NCBI GenBank assembly: GCA_963675755.2
Contig: CAXXMD010000003.1
Span: 768,001-832,000, forward strand
DNA from: a bacterium
GTDB taxonomy: Bacteria; Zhuqueibacterota; Zhuqueibacteria; Residuimicrobiales; Krinioviventaceae
DNA length: 64,000 nt
Direction: 5' to 3'
The translations under genes were made by a program, and so were the position numbers. The notes beneath the pieces were generated by a model. That model worked only from the letters and a program-made list of their open reading frames with translations, was not told the DNA's origin and ran no database searches. Shown here piece after piece: positions 51,644-60,304 of the stretch (position 1 is its first letter; every line of letters starts with the position of its first letter).

Positions 51644-53932
51644 TTACATCATAATTACAAACTTGCCGACAAACTTGTCATTTTCCGTTTCAACCACATA
51701 CACATACAATCCACTTACTACAGACTGAGTGTTCCTGGATATTAAATCCCAGGTTTCTACACTACTGCCATCTGTATGATCAAGGGAAATAACCATATCA
51801 CCAGCAAGAGTAAAAACTGTAATTTTACATACAGGAGGCAAGTTTGTAAAAAGTATTGCGTTTTCGTAAATGTCTTCAAAGACATCGGTTGCCTTGTATG
51901 GATTGGGAACAACTTTAATTTTCTGTAAATCAACTACTTCTTCAGTTTCATACATACGTTTCGGTATTACAGCAAGCGGAGCACCTGACTCGCTCTTACT
52001 GTAATTGGATTTACTGCTTTCAGAAGGCGGTAAATTAATGGTTTCATCACCGGTATCGTAAGCTACAACTGTATAGAAATAAGGAATACCATTAATAGGC
52101 GCTTCTACAGTTGTGCCCCATGGTGTAGTACCACCAACATCAACAAATTCATTTGCAATATCATCCAAATCTACATAACCCAAAGAATCGCGCTCTGTAT
52201 TTACAACTTTGACAGGTCCATCAACATTGTCGAAAGCTGCAATGAGTGTCCAGTTACTTGGAGTATATTGTGCACGATAAATTTTATAACCCACAAAATC
52301 AATTTCTTTGGTTTTTGTGTCGGGTGTAATTTCTGCAATATTATCCCATACCAAATTTACAGAACGGTCATTCGGACTGTAACGCAGGTTTGGTGTAGGA
52401 GGAGGTGCAGGCAACAGCCAGTGTGTATCCTGATGTGGAGGTGTAGGATTATAAGGACTGCTGAACTCACTACCTGTGTAATATGCTTCCAACGCTTTAT
52501 CAGCATTTGCACGCATACCTTCAAGGCCCTGGCCAACTACTTCTGCCCAAACAACACGTACTGTGTCATTTGCTTCCATGTCATACGGACCTACAGTAAT
52601 CAGAAAACGATAGTCAAATGTAGGCGCACCTACGTCCAACGGGTTTGGTAAAAAGTGATAACCTTTACTGAATTCATGCTGACCTTTTTGATAGTCATAT
52701 TGCTCGATATCGGTATCAGGATCACTTTCCCAGTTCCACCATTGGTGTGAAAAAGCGCGGGTTATACGAGAGTGAGAAGAATCTTGCACGTCAAACACAT
52801 AGTCTGGAGATGCTGCATCTGCATACAGTACCCGACCACCCATGAAACCGGAACAATCCGGACTCAAGGTACGTTCACCAAAATCATTCTCTGAAGAACT
52901 TGGGTTATCACCATCATAAATGTAAGACATGTTACGTGATACTTTCCAACCGATCAATGGAGTACCATCTGCTTTTACAAGCGGATCACCAGCAGCGATT
53001 TCATAATCACCAATGGTAACAGCAACGTCAGCAGTAATAGCATCACCACGTTCATCTTCGATGATAGAATATTCATCAAAAACACCATCACCTTCGACTT
53101 GTTCAAGATCATAGTTGTCATTAAATCCACCCATGGGAAGACCATAAGGAATACCATAATCATCATAACCGGAAATTCCATCCTGATCAAGATCAAGGGG
53201 GTCAACAATATCGACCTGGTCGGTATTGGTATCAGAACCATCGTATCCGTCCCAGTCTACAAGGTCATCGATATGTTTATCGGTAACATCAATAGAAGAA
53301 ACATCAACATCATACCACCAGCTTACATATACTTCTTTAAGATAACCGTTTGTACCGGTATTAATAATATCAAATTCATATGCAATAAAGTCATCATATT
53401 CAGGCATGCTCCAGGAGAGCCCACGTTCAACAACTTTGATACCCAAAGGCACATGCTCTGTTTTAGGTTCAAGATCATCAAATACACAATAACTGTCGTT
53501 GATAGATTTTGGAGTTGCTACAGCAACCACTTCTTCATTACCCATCAAAAACTGGGAACCATCAGATGGTTCCCATTCTTCAAATGTATAAAAATAACTT
53601 GAACATAATTTTTCACCATTTAATACTGTTGAAACCCAAATAGCTGCATCGTATAAATAACTGTTATTTGATGCGCCCGGCCATTCAACAGAAGGACGAC
53701 CTGAAGAATCAAAGTTTGGATCACCAAAACTACCATAATTGGTTATAACATTCCACATAGTACCAATAGTATGGGCCTTAAATTCCTGATCAGGACGGTT
53801 GTTTGTTTTGCGCAATTTAAAATCGCGGCGCTGGTCTGTTTTTTCCGGATGCCTTTCAGCATGCGCAACGGAAAAAGAGAAAACCATTAAAAGGACTAGA
53901 ACTATCTCCAGCTTGTATTTTTTTAACAACAA
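51644..53932 (-). CDS. Secreted FN3-containing protein with variant C-terminal sorting-like domain (IKVVPNPY)
   Basis: Signal peptide; EWPGAS..YLY; PAPPPTP; GYKIYR; YFYTVVAYD; IKVVPNPY..FTNLP..WDL..SGLYVY; TTG start after SD GGAGG. Confidence 0.8.
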   Translation of the reverse strand: MLLKKYKLEIVLVLLMVFSFSVAHAERHPEKTDQRRDFKLRKTNNRPDQEFKAHTIGTMWNVITNYGSFGDPNFDSSGRPSVEWPGASNNSYLYDAAIWVSTVLNGEKLCSSYFYTFEEWEPSDGSQFLMGNEEVVAVATPKSINDSYCVFDDLEPKTEHVPLGIKVVERGLSWSMPEYDDFIAYEFDIINTGTNGYLKEVYVSWWYDVDVSSIDVTDKHIDDLVDWDGYDGSDTNTDQVDIVDPLDLDQDGISGYDDYGIPYGLPMGGFNDNYDLEQVEGDGVFDEYSIIEDERGDAITADVAVTIGDYEIAAGDPLVKADGTPLIGWKVSRNMSYIYDGDNPSSSENDFGERTLSPDCSGFMGGRVLYADAASPDYVFDVQDSSHSRITRAFSHQWWNWESDPDTDIEQYDYQKGQHEFSKGYHFLPNPLDVGAPTFDYRFLITVGPYDMEANDTVRVVWAEVVGQGLEGMRANADKALEAYYTGSEFSSPYNPTPPHQDTHWLLPAPPPTPNLRYSPNDRSVNLVWDNIAEITPDTKTKEIDFVGYKIYRAQYTPSNWTLIAAFDNVDGPVKVVNTERDSLGYVDLDDIANEFVDVGGTTPWGTTVEAPINGIPYFYTVVAYDTGDETINLPPSESSKSNYSKSESGAPLAVIPKRMYETEEVVDLQKIKVVPNPYKATDVFEDIYENAILFTNLPPVCKITVFTLAGDMVISLDHTDGSSVETWDLISRNTQSVVSGLYVYVVETENDKFVGKFVIMM

Positions 53933-53980
53933 AGCCACCTCCAATTAATTTAAAAAGCAATCAATAATCATATGTCAATG

Positions 53981-56900
53981 TTAGAAATCAACCCTGAAAC
54001 CGATACGGGTCAAACGACCTCTGTCATAAACAGTTGGGTTGCCATATTTACCTTCAGGATCACCTTTAGCATAATACCACTCTTCATCATCAATCGCAAT
54101 GATGTTTTGACGATCCAGCAGGTTACGGACATCAACAAAGATTTGAGGTACAAGGCGACCAACATGGAAGCGTTTAGTAATACGCATATCAAGGGTCATG
54201 TTGTACGGCAATGTCTCTGTATTATCCGGAGCAGCTTTGTCCTGGCCTTTTGGAGGTGTCCAGCGGGTTCCGCTGCCATAGTACCACAAAAAGTTTACAC
54301 CCAAATCGTTAAGAATTGGAGTGCCAAACAAATTCTGATCTCTCGGTATTCTAAGATCAAGGTTAGCATTAATAGTATGACGTTGATCCCAATCAGTATA
54401 GGATTCAAATCGTGGTAAAACATTACCAGCCCATTCGGTTGAATAACCCTGACCAACCGTAGAGCTTTTGTTTTTAGCAACTTGATAAGTATAGTTAAAA
54501 CGACCACTCAGGTATAAAAATGCAATACGTTCAGGACGTCTTAAAAATTCAAATTCAAAACCACGAACATTTCCATAATCCGCGTTATAATAGAAACCAT
54601 ACCAGTCACGTACCGTATAATAAATCGGTTTACTGTCTGTCAGGTTTGAAATATCTTTATAAAAACCAGTAACTTTGATTTTCATAGAGTTAGAAATCTG
54701 GTGATTCAAGCCCACTTCATAAGCTGTGGTACTTTCAGGTTCAAGATTCGGGTTACCAATAACCGGGAAACCACCACCCAGATCAAACTCGAGGTTACGG
54801 AACAAATAATTTCCAAGAGGTTCCTGGAAATATTTTCCATAACTAAAGTGCATTACATCACGCTCGGTAATTGGGAATGCAATACCAAAACGGGGGCTCC
54901 AGTAATCTTTGAATTGAATAGATTGCGGATCTTTGATATCATTAACCTGAGGAGCACCTTCGTAATTGTAAATATTCGGGTCCCAAGCCTGATCAAGATA
55001 ACCATTACCATTGGTATCTTCACCTTCATCAAGAGTTCCGTTTGCATTCAAGTCTTCATGACCATCATCATCATAAGTCCAGGTAGGATCATAAAGGTTG
55101 TTGGGATAATCGTTCCAGTTGGCGTCAAAGTAATCGTAACGAACACCAACATTCAAGATCATACCCTGGTATTCCATTTTATCCTGGACATAAAATGCAC
55201 CGCTGTTTGGGAATACGGTAAAGTTTTCACCATATCCGTAACGGTCGGTTGCGTCATAGTTGAAAATTTCACGATATTTGAGATCAACACCCGTACGAAC
55301 GTTATGATTGGCGTTAACCTGGCTTTCAATATCGAATTTCACACCATAACTTGTAGATTTGTTTTCTGACCAATATGTACGGTCCCAGGTCAAACCTGAA
55401 CCATAAGCATAATATCCATCAGTATTTTTCTCACCCTTGAATGGGATATCAGAACAACTCATCCATTTGCTGGGATCGTTTGGATAGGCATCTTGCGAAG
55501 CGTCTACATAGCCATCAGAGTTGTAGTCAGTAAACAGGTCAGTGCCATAAGAATCAAGTTTACCATTACCATTCAAATCTTCAGCAACGTTATCAAAATA
55601 ACCATCACCATCAAAATCTTTCCATTCCCATGAATCAATGGTTCCGTCGCCATTCAAATCAACATTTTCACTAACGGCATCCAGTTTTCCATCGCCATCA
55701 CGGTCTTCATTAATTTGTTCATTCGCATTTTGGAAGAATCGTGTATAATATCTATCAATATGCAACTCGTAAAACGTCTTTGAACTCAATTGGTGAGTCC
55801 AGGTAACTGCAAGCTGATTACTTTCTTCTTTCAAGTCTGCAAGATGATCAAGCATATTGAATACATCAAGCTTGCCATTATAGTTGAGATCTTCACGGTC
55901 AAGAATTTCATTACCGTTCAAATCTTCACCAAGATCAAGATAGTTATTACCATTAATATCTTCTGTATCCAGCATGCCATTGTTGTACCAATCCGGAATG
56001 TAACCGGAATTGTCATCAACACCGTCATTATTCAAATCACCAAACGGCATATATTTTTCACTCAAATCTTCAACAGTTGGAACTTTCCATTCCGCACCGT
56101 ATCCACTGTTTGATGAAAAATAATCCCAATCTTTTTTATGGTAAAGACCTTTAATTCTCAAAGTGTGACTTGGAGAAATTTTATAAGTAACTTTACCCTG
56201 ATAGGTGCCTGCTTCACTTTCCTGATTTATAAAACGGCCATCAGATTTTTCATACCATCCGGTAAGGAAATAACGCAATTCACCGGGAACTCCAATTGCT
56301 TTGGTAAAAGGAACAGGACCACCAATGGAGAACTCGGGATTATGACGATTTTCAACCACTTCATCTTCACGAACGGTTGAGCCCCATCCATCAAGAGCAC
56401 TGGTACTGTAACGAACGGTACCCGAAAGAACCGGACCACCATCTTTGGTAACAACGTTAATGATACCGGATTGTGCATTACCATACTCTGCACTAAAACC
56501 ACCGGTCATAACCGCTGTTTCTTCAATAGCAAGCTCCGGAAGGTCTGTATCAAACTGACCTGAAAGCGGGTCCATAATATTGGTCGAGTTGTCAAGCAAA
56601 TAGGTAACTTCACTCGTTCTACCACCACGAGCGTGCATATTACCATTATCATCAACAACAATACCCGCAGATGTTGCAACTACATCCTCGAAAGAGTCAA
56701 TCGACATATGCTCAACTTCTTCACTGCTGGTAACTGTACGGCTTGAAGTTTGATCCATCTGAATCAGGGGACGCTCAGCAGTGACCGTGACGGTTTCCCC
56801 GGCCTCAAGGATCGTAGGTTCAAGATTAAAAGTTATCTTTGCAGTCAAGTCAGCTTTAACTCTGACATCGGTAATGAGCATTGGCGAATAACCAATCATT

Positions 56901-57130
56901 TCAGCACGTAAAGAATAAGAGCCGGCAGGAACGTTTATGATGAAAAACTCACCATTCAAATTCGTTGCTGCACCCATCTTTGTGCCTTCAATCAGGACAT
57001 TCACTGCCGGTAAAGGATCTTTTGTATCCTTGTCAATAACCTTACCGACAATTTTCCCTGTTGTACCGGCAAATAAAGCCACCGGAAGTAACAACAAGAG
57101 AAACCAAACAATCACTTGTTTTTTTAACAT
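53981..57130 (-). CDS. TonB-dependent receptor with DxNxNG repeat insertions
   Basis: GTTGKIVGKVID, HARGGR, GGFSAEYGNAQSGIIN, GVRYDYFD, SPRFG, C-terminal Phe; ATG 57130 with SD AAGGAG. Confidence 0.93.
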   Translation of the reverse strand: MLKKQVIVWFLLLLLPVALFAGTTGKIVGKVIDKDTKDPLPAVNVLIEGTKMGAATNLNGEFFIINVPAGSYSLRAEMIGYSPMLITDVRVKADLTAKITFNLEPTILEAGETVTVTAERPLIQMDQTSSRTVTSSEEVEHMSIDSFEDVVATSAGIVVDDNGNMHARGGRTSEVTYLLDNSTNIMDPLSGQFDTDLPELAIEETAVMTGGFSAEYGNAQSGIINVVTKDGGPVLSGTVRYSTSALDGWGSTVREDEVVENRHNPEFSIGGPVPFTKAIGVPGELRYFLTGWYEKSDGRFINQESEAGTYQGKVTYKISPSHTLRIKGLYHKKDWDYFSSNSGYGAEWKVPTVEDLSEKYMPFGDLNNDGVDDNSGYIPDWYNNGMLDTEDINGNNYLDLGEDLNGNEILDREDLNYNGKLDVFNMLDHLADLKEESNQLAVTWTHQLSSKTFYELHIDRYYTRFFQNANEQINEDRDGDGKLDAVSENVDLNGDGTIDSWEWKDFDGDGYFDNVAEDLNGNGKLDSYGTDLFTDYNSDGYVDASQDAYPNDPSKWMSCSDIPFKGEKNTDGYYAYGSGLTWDRTYWSENKSTSYGVKFDIESQVNANHNVRTGVDLKYREIFNYDATDRYGYGENFTVFPNSGAFYVQDKMEYQGMILNVGVRYDYFDANWNDYPNNLYDPTWTYDDDGHEDLNANGTLDEGEDTNGNGYLDQAWDPNIYNYEGAPQVNDIKDPQSIQFKDYWSPRFGIAFPITERDVMHFSYGKYFQEPLGNYLFRNLEFDLGGGFPVIGNPNLEPESTTAYEVGLNHQISNSMKIKVTGFYKDISNLTDSKPIYYTVRDWYGFYYNADYGNVRGFEFEFLRRPERIAFLYLSGRFNYTYQVAKNKSSTVGQGYSTEWAGNVLPRFESYTDWDQRHTINANLDLRIPRDQNLFGTPILNDLGVNFLWYYGSGTRWTPPKGQDKAAPDNTETLPYNMTLDMRITKRFHVGRLVPQIFVDVRNLLDRQNIIAIDDEEWYYAKGDPEGKYGNPTVYDRGRLTRIGFRVDF

Positions 57131-57175
57131 CACACAACTCCTTTTGAAAAAATGAATGCTATTCATTTTATATGG

Positions 57176-57209
57176 AAATAAAAAAGGGCGATTTCAATGC
57201 GCCCTTTTC
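57176..57209 (-). terminator. Intrinsic terminator inside the TBDR operon leader
   Basis: AAAAGGGCG-9nt-CGCCCTTTTTTATTT on the minus strand, ~45 nt before the TBDR ATG. Confidence 0.8.
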
Positions 57210-57216
57210 GAATATA

Positions 57217-57246
57217 TTAACCAAATGTAAAAAATCTGTATTCCAT
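57217..57246 (-). CDS. Candidate leader peptide MEYRFFTFG
   Basis: ATG GAA TAC AGA TTT TTT ACA TTT GGT TAA, between promoter and terminator; no strong SD. Confidence 0.45.
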   Translation of the reverse strand: MEYRFFTFG

Positions 57247-57282
57247 ACTGTTTCAAACAAGTCACCAAATTTCTTGTTAAGA

Positions 57283-57311
57283 AATATAATTGTTTTTTGA
57301 AATATTGTCAA
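57283..57311 (-). promoter_or_regulatory. sigma70-type promoter of the TBDR-PorV operon
   Basis: TTGACA-17nt-TATATT; same -10 as the tRNA promoter in this window. Confidence 0.75.
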
Positions 57312-57719
57312 GATTTTTTTAATTCTATTAAGCAAATAAAAACTAACAATTTGCATAAATTTCACCACACCTCTTTTAAATTGTAGCACGACCAAACGCT
57401 CAAGCCATGACAACAATTATGCCATACAAACTACGGTTTCTTCTTCTTTTTTAAGCCAAGCCAAGGCCAATAAAAACAATGCACTAACACAAACCCAAAT
57501 CACTTCCCAAAACCACTGCAACCCTAATAATACCACAATAATGTCAGCTCAAAAAAGCAAACCTACAAAATTGTATAAAAACAGAACAAAATTTCCAAAG
57601 CACTAACTTTTTGGCTCCAACTTTACTATAATCAAGCAAAATACTGCACTATTATACAAAATTGATCTGCTTCAATTCCAGCTAATGCTCCAAAAATGTC
57701 AGAAAACACCAAAAAACTA

Positions 57720-58319
57720 CTATTTCGTAGCTTTTAAGCGCTCCGAAATCAAAGACCAAAGCTCGTCTTTGCCTTTACCTGTAACTGAAGAAAATGCAAC
57801 AACTGAAGTCTTGCTGCCAAACTCATTGTCCAGCACACGCCGATTTGAATCAACTTGCACTGCCAATTGGTTCCTTGACAACTTGTCAGCTTTTGTTCCA
57901 ACCAAAATGCTGTCAATATCATAATAATTCAACCAGGTTAGAAACTCTTTGTCCATCTGCGTAATAGGGTGCCTCAAATCAAACAGATGCACAACCGCTT
58001 TCAACTGCCCAACAGACGACAAATAACTTTCCATCAACTTTTGCCAATCCCTATACATAGTTTTAGAGACTTTGGCGTATCCATAGCCTGGTAAATCAAC
58101 GAAATAAAACGCCTGATTTATTAAAAAAAAATTGATTGAACGGGTTTTTCCCGGTGTAGAACTCACCTTTACTAACTTTTTCCGGTTTAGCAAAGTGTTC
58201 ATCAAGCTTGATTTGCCAACATTTGACCTGCCGGCAAACGCAATATGAGGAATGTTTTCGTTTGGCAGCTGTTCAAGTGTGTTAATACTCTTGACATATT
58301 CTGCCATGGTTATTTTCAT
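57720..58319 (-). CDS. engB: Ribosome biogenesis GTPase YihA/YsxC
   Basis: GRSNVGKSS, PGKT, DLPGYG, TKADK. Confidence 0.96.
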   Translation of the reverse strand: MKITMAEYVKSINTLEQLPNENIPHIAFAGRSNVGKSSLMNTLLNRKKLVKVSSTPGKTRSINFFLINQAFYFVDLPGYGYAKVSKTMYRDWQKLMESYLSSVGQLKAVVHLFDLRHPITQMDKEFLTWLNYYDIDSILVGTKADKLSRNQLAVQVDSNRRVLDNEFGSKTSVVAFSSVTGKGKDELWSLISERLKATK

Positions 58320-58344
58320 AAAACCTCAACTGAAAACAAAGATT

Positions 58345-59619
58345 TCACGCAGCATCGTCTAAATTCGAATGATCTTCAATAAAATCGGTTCTAAAAGTAT
58401 ATTCAGGCTCTGCTTTCTCGACCACAACTTGCTTTGTGATCTTACAGGCTTTAATATTATTTTGCGAAGGCAAATGATACATAATATCCAGCATCACTCC
58501 TTCCATCACTGAGCGCAATCCCCTTGCACCCGTCTTGCGGCTTTTTGCAATTTTTATAATTTCAAATAATGCATCATCATCAACAATCAACTCTACATTA
58601 TCCAGCTTAAACAAATGCTTGAACTGCTTTATCAATGCGTTTTTCGGCTCTGTCAAGATACGGAAAAGCGCTTCATCATCAAGATCAGATAACGTAGTAA
58701 TTACCGGTAAACGTCCTATCAGTTCAGGGATCAAACCATACTGCAACAAGTCTTCGGGTTCAACATGACGCAGAACATACTCTTCTTTAAGCTTGTTCTT
58801 GTCTACATCTGCGCCAAAACCTACTGATTTTTTTCCAATACGCGTTGATACGACTTTATCAAGCCCCTCAAACGCACCGCCACAAATAAATAAAATATTT
58901 TTTGTATTTAGATTGATAAAATCCATTTCTGGGTGTTTCCTTCCACCTTTCGGGGGCACCGCAGCTATTGTACCTTCCAACATCTTTAACAATGCCTGCT
59001 GCACACCCTCACCTGAGACATCTCGGGTAATAGAGGGATTCCCACCCTTTCTGGAAATTTTATCAAGTTCGTCTATATAAACAATACCTCTTTCAGCACG
59101 CTGCACATTATACTCTGCAGCCTGCAAAAGCCTTACAAGTATATTCTCTACATCTTCACCAACGTACCCTGCTTCAGTTAAAGTGGTTGCATCCGCAATG
59201 GTAAACGGTACTTTTAAAAACTTGGCCAAAGTCTGGGCCATCAACGTCTTTCCCGTACCTGTAGGACCAATCAACAGCACATTGCTTTTTTCAAGAACAA
59301 CATCTTCTTCGGAAGCAGATTTTTCTTCAATACGTTTGTAATGATTATAAACGGCAACTGCTATATTTTTCTTTGCGTACTCTTGACCAATAACAAACTT
59401 GTCCAGCTCATTCTTAATCTCTTCGGGGGTCGGTATTTTGCCTTGTAAAGTAAAAGGTTTTTTCGACTTTTCACGAGAGATTACTTTATTGGCAATTGCA
59501 ACGCACTCATTGCAAATACTTACATCCGGACCCGTGACAATGGTTTCCACCTGGTTGGAATTTTTTCCACAAAACGAACAGATGGCAAATCTGTTATCAC
59601 CTTTGTTATTCTGGTCCAT
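58345..59619 (-). CDS. clpX: ATP-dependent Clp protease ATPase subunit
   Basis: CSFCGK..ICNEC zinc finger, [32 protein letters not shown]. Confidence 0.98.
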   Translation of the reverse strand: MDQNNKGDNRFAICSFCGKNSNQVETIVTGPDVSICNECVAIANKVISREKSKKPFTLQGKIPTPEEIKNELDKFVIGQEYAKKNIAVAVYNHYKRIEEKSASEEDVVLEKSNVLLIGPTGTGKTLMAQTLAKFLKVPFTIADATTLTEAGYVGEDVENILVRLLQAAEYNVQRAERGIVYIDELDKISRKGGNPSITRDVSGEGVQQALLKMLEGTIAAVPPKGGRKHPEMDFINLNTKNILFICGGAFEGLDKVVSTRIGKKSVGFGADVDKNKLKEEYVLRHVEPEDLLQYGLIPELIGRLPVITTLSDLDDEALFRILTEPKNALIKQFKHLFKLDNVELIVDDDALFEIIKIAKSRKTGARGLRSVMEGVMLDIMYHLPSQNNIKACKITKQVVVEKAEPEYTFRTDFIEDHSNLDDAA

Positions 59620-59640
59620 ATATTTATCCCTTAAACCTAC

Positions 59641-60243
59641 TTATTCTTTTGTTACTTCAGTATTCTTGCGGATCATAATTTCATCAATAATACCATAATC
59701 CTTGGCTTCCTGAGCGCTCATAAAGTAATTACGATCAGTATCTTTTTCAATTTTATCCAAAGGTTGGCCGGTATGATTGGCCAGAACCTGATTTAATTCT
59801 TCACGTAAATGCAGAATCTCTTTAGCCTGAATTTCGATATCACTTGCTTGTCCCTGAGCACCACCCAAAGGCTGATGTATCATAACGCGTGCATGCGGCA
59901 GCGCAGATCGTTTTCCGGGAGTACCAGCTGCCAACAAAAACGCCCCCATACTTGATGCTTGCCCCATACAAATAGTGGCTACATCAGGTTTAATGTATTG
60001 CATGGTATCATATATCGCCAATCCCGCAGAAACATATCCACCGGGAGAGTTTATGTACAGATAAACATCCTTGTCAGGATCATCAGCTTCAAGAAACAAT
60101 AATTGCGCAATTGCCAGACTGGCAACGGTATCATCAATTGCAGTACCTAAAAATATGATTCTTTCCTTCAACAAACGGGAAAAAATATCATAAGCCCGTT
60201 CTCCACGGCCTGTTTGCTCGACTACCATAGGTACAAGTGCCAT
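59641..60243 (-). CDS. clpP: Clp protease proteolytic subunit
   Basis: [31 protein letters not shown]. Confidence 0.98.
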   Translation of the reverse strand: MALVPMVVEQTGRGERAYDIFSRLLKERIIFLGTAIDDTVASLAIAQLLFLEADDPDKDVYLYINSPGGYVSAGLAIYDTMQYIKPDVATICMGQASSMGAFLLAAGTPGKRSALPHARVMIHQPLGGAQGQASDIEIQAKEILHLREELNQVLANHTGQPLDKIEKDTDRNYFMSAQEAKDYGIIDEIMIRKNTEVTKE

Positions 60244-60304
60244 ATGTAACTCCGTTTAAATTCGTATATTTTTTTCAGTAATAGATAACAAATCTATTAC
60301 TGAA

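Noticed and set aside
54985-56040. Repeats read as a CRISPR array or DNA tandem repeat
   Set aside because: The periodicity is at the amino-acid level within an ORF; the DNA copies are degenerate
57176-57280. Known riboswitch (cobalamin, TPP, SAM, T-box) in the TBDR leader
   Set aside because: The leader is short and AT-rich and lacks consensus elements I can recognise; an Rfam/Infernal scan would settle this
57168-57416. 82-aa minus-strand ORF upstream of the TBDR
   Set aside because: It runs through the promoter and terminator, has a TTG start without an SD, and shows low-complexity AT-driven composition
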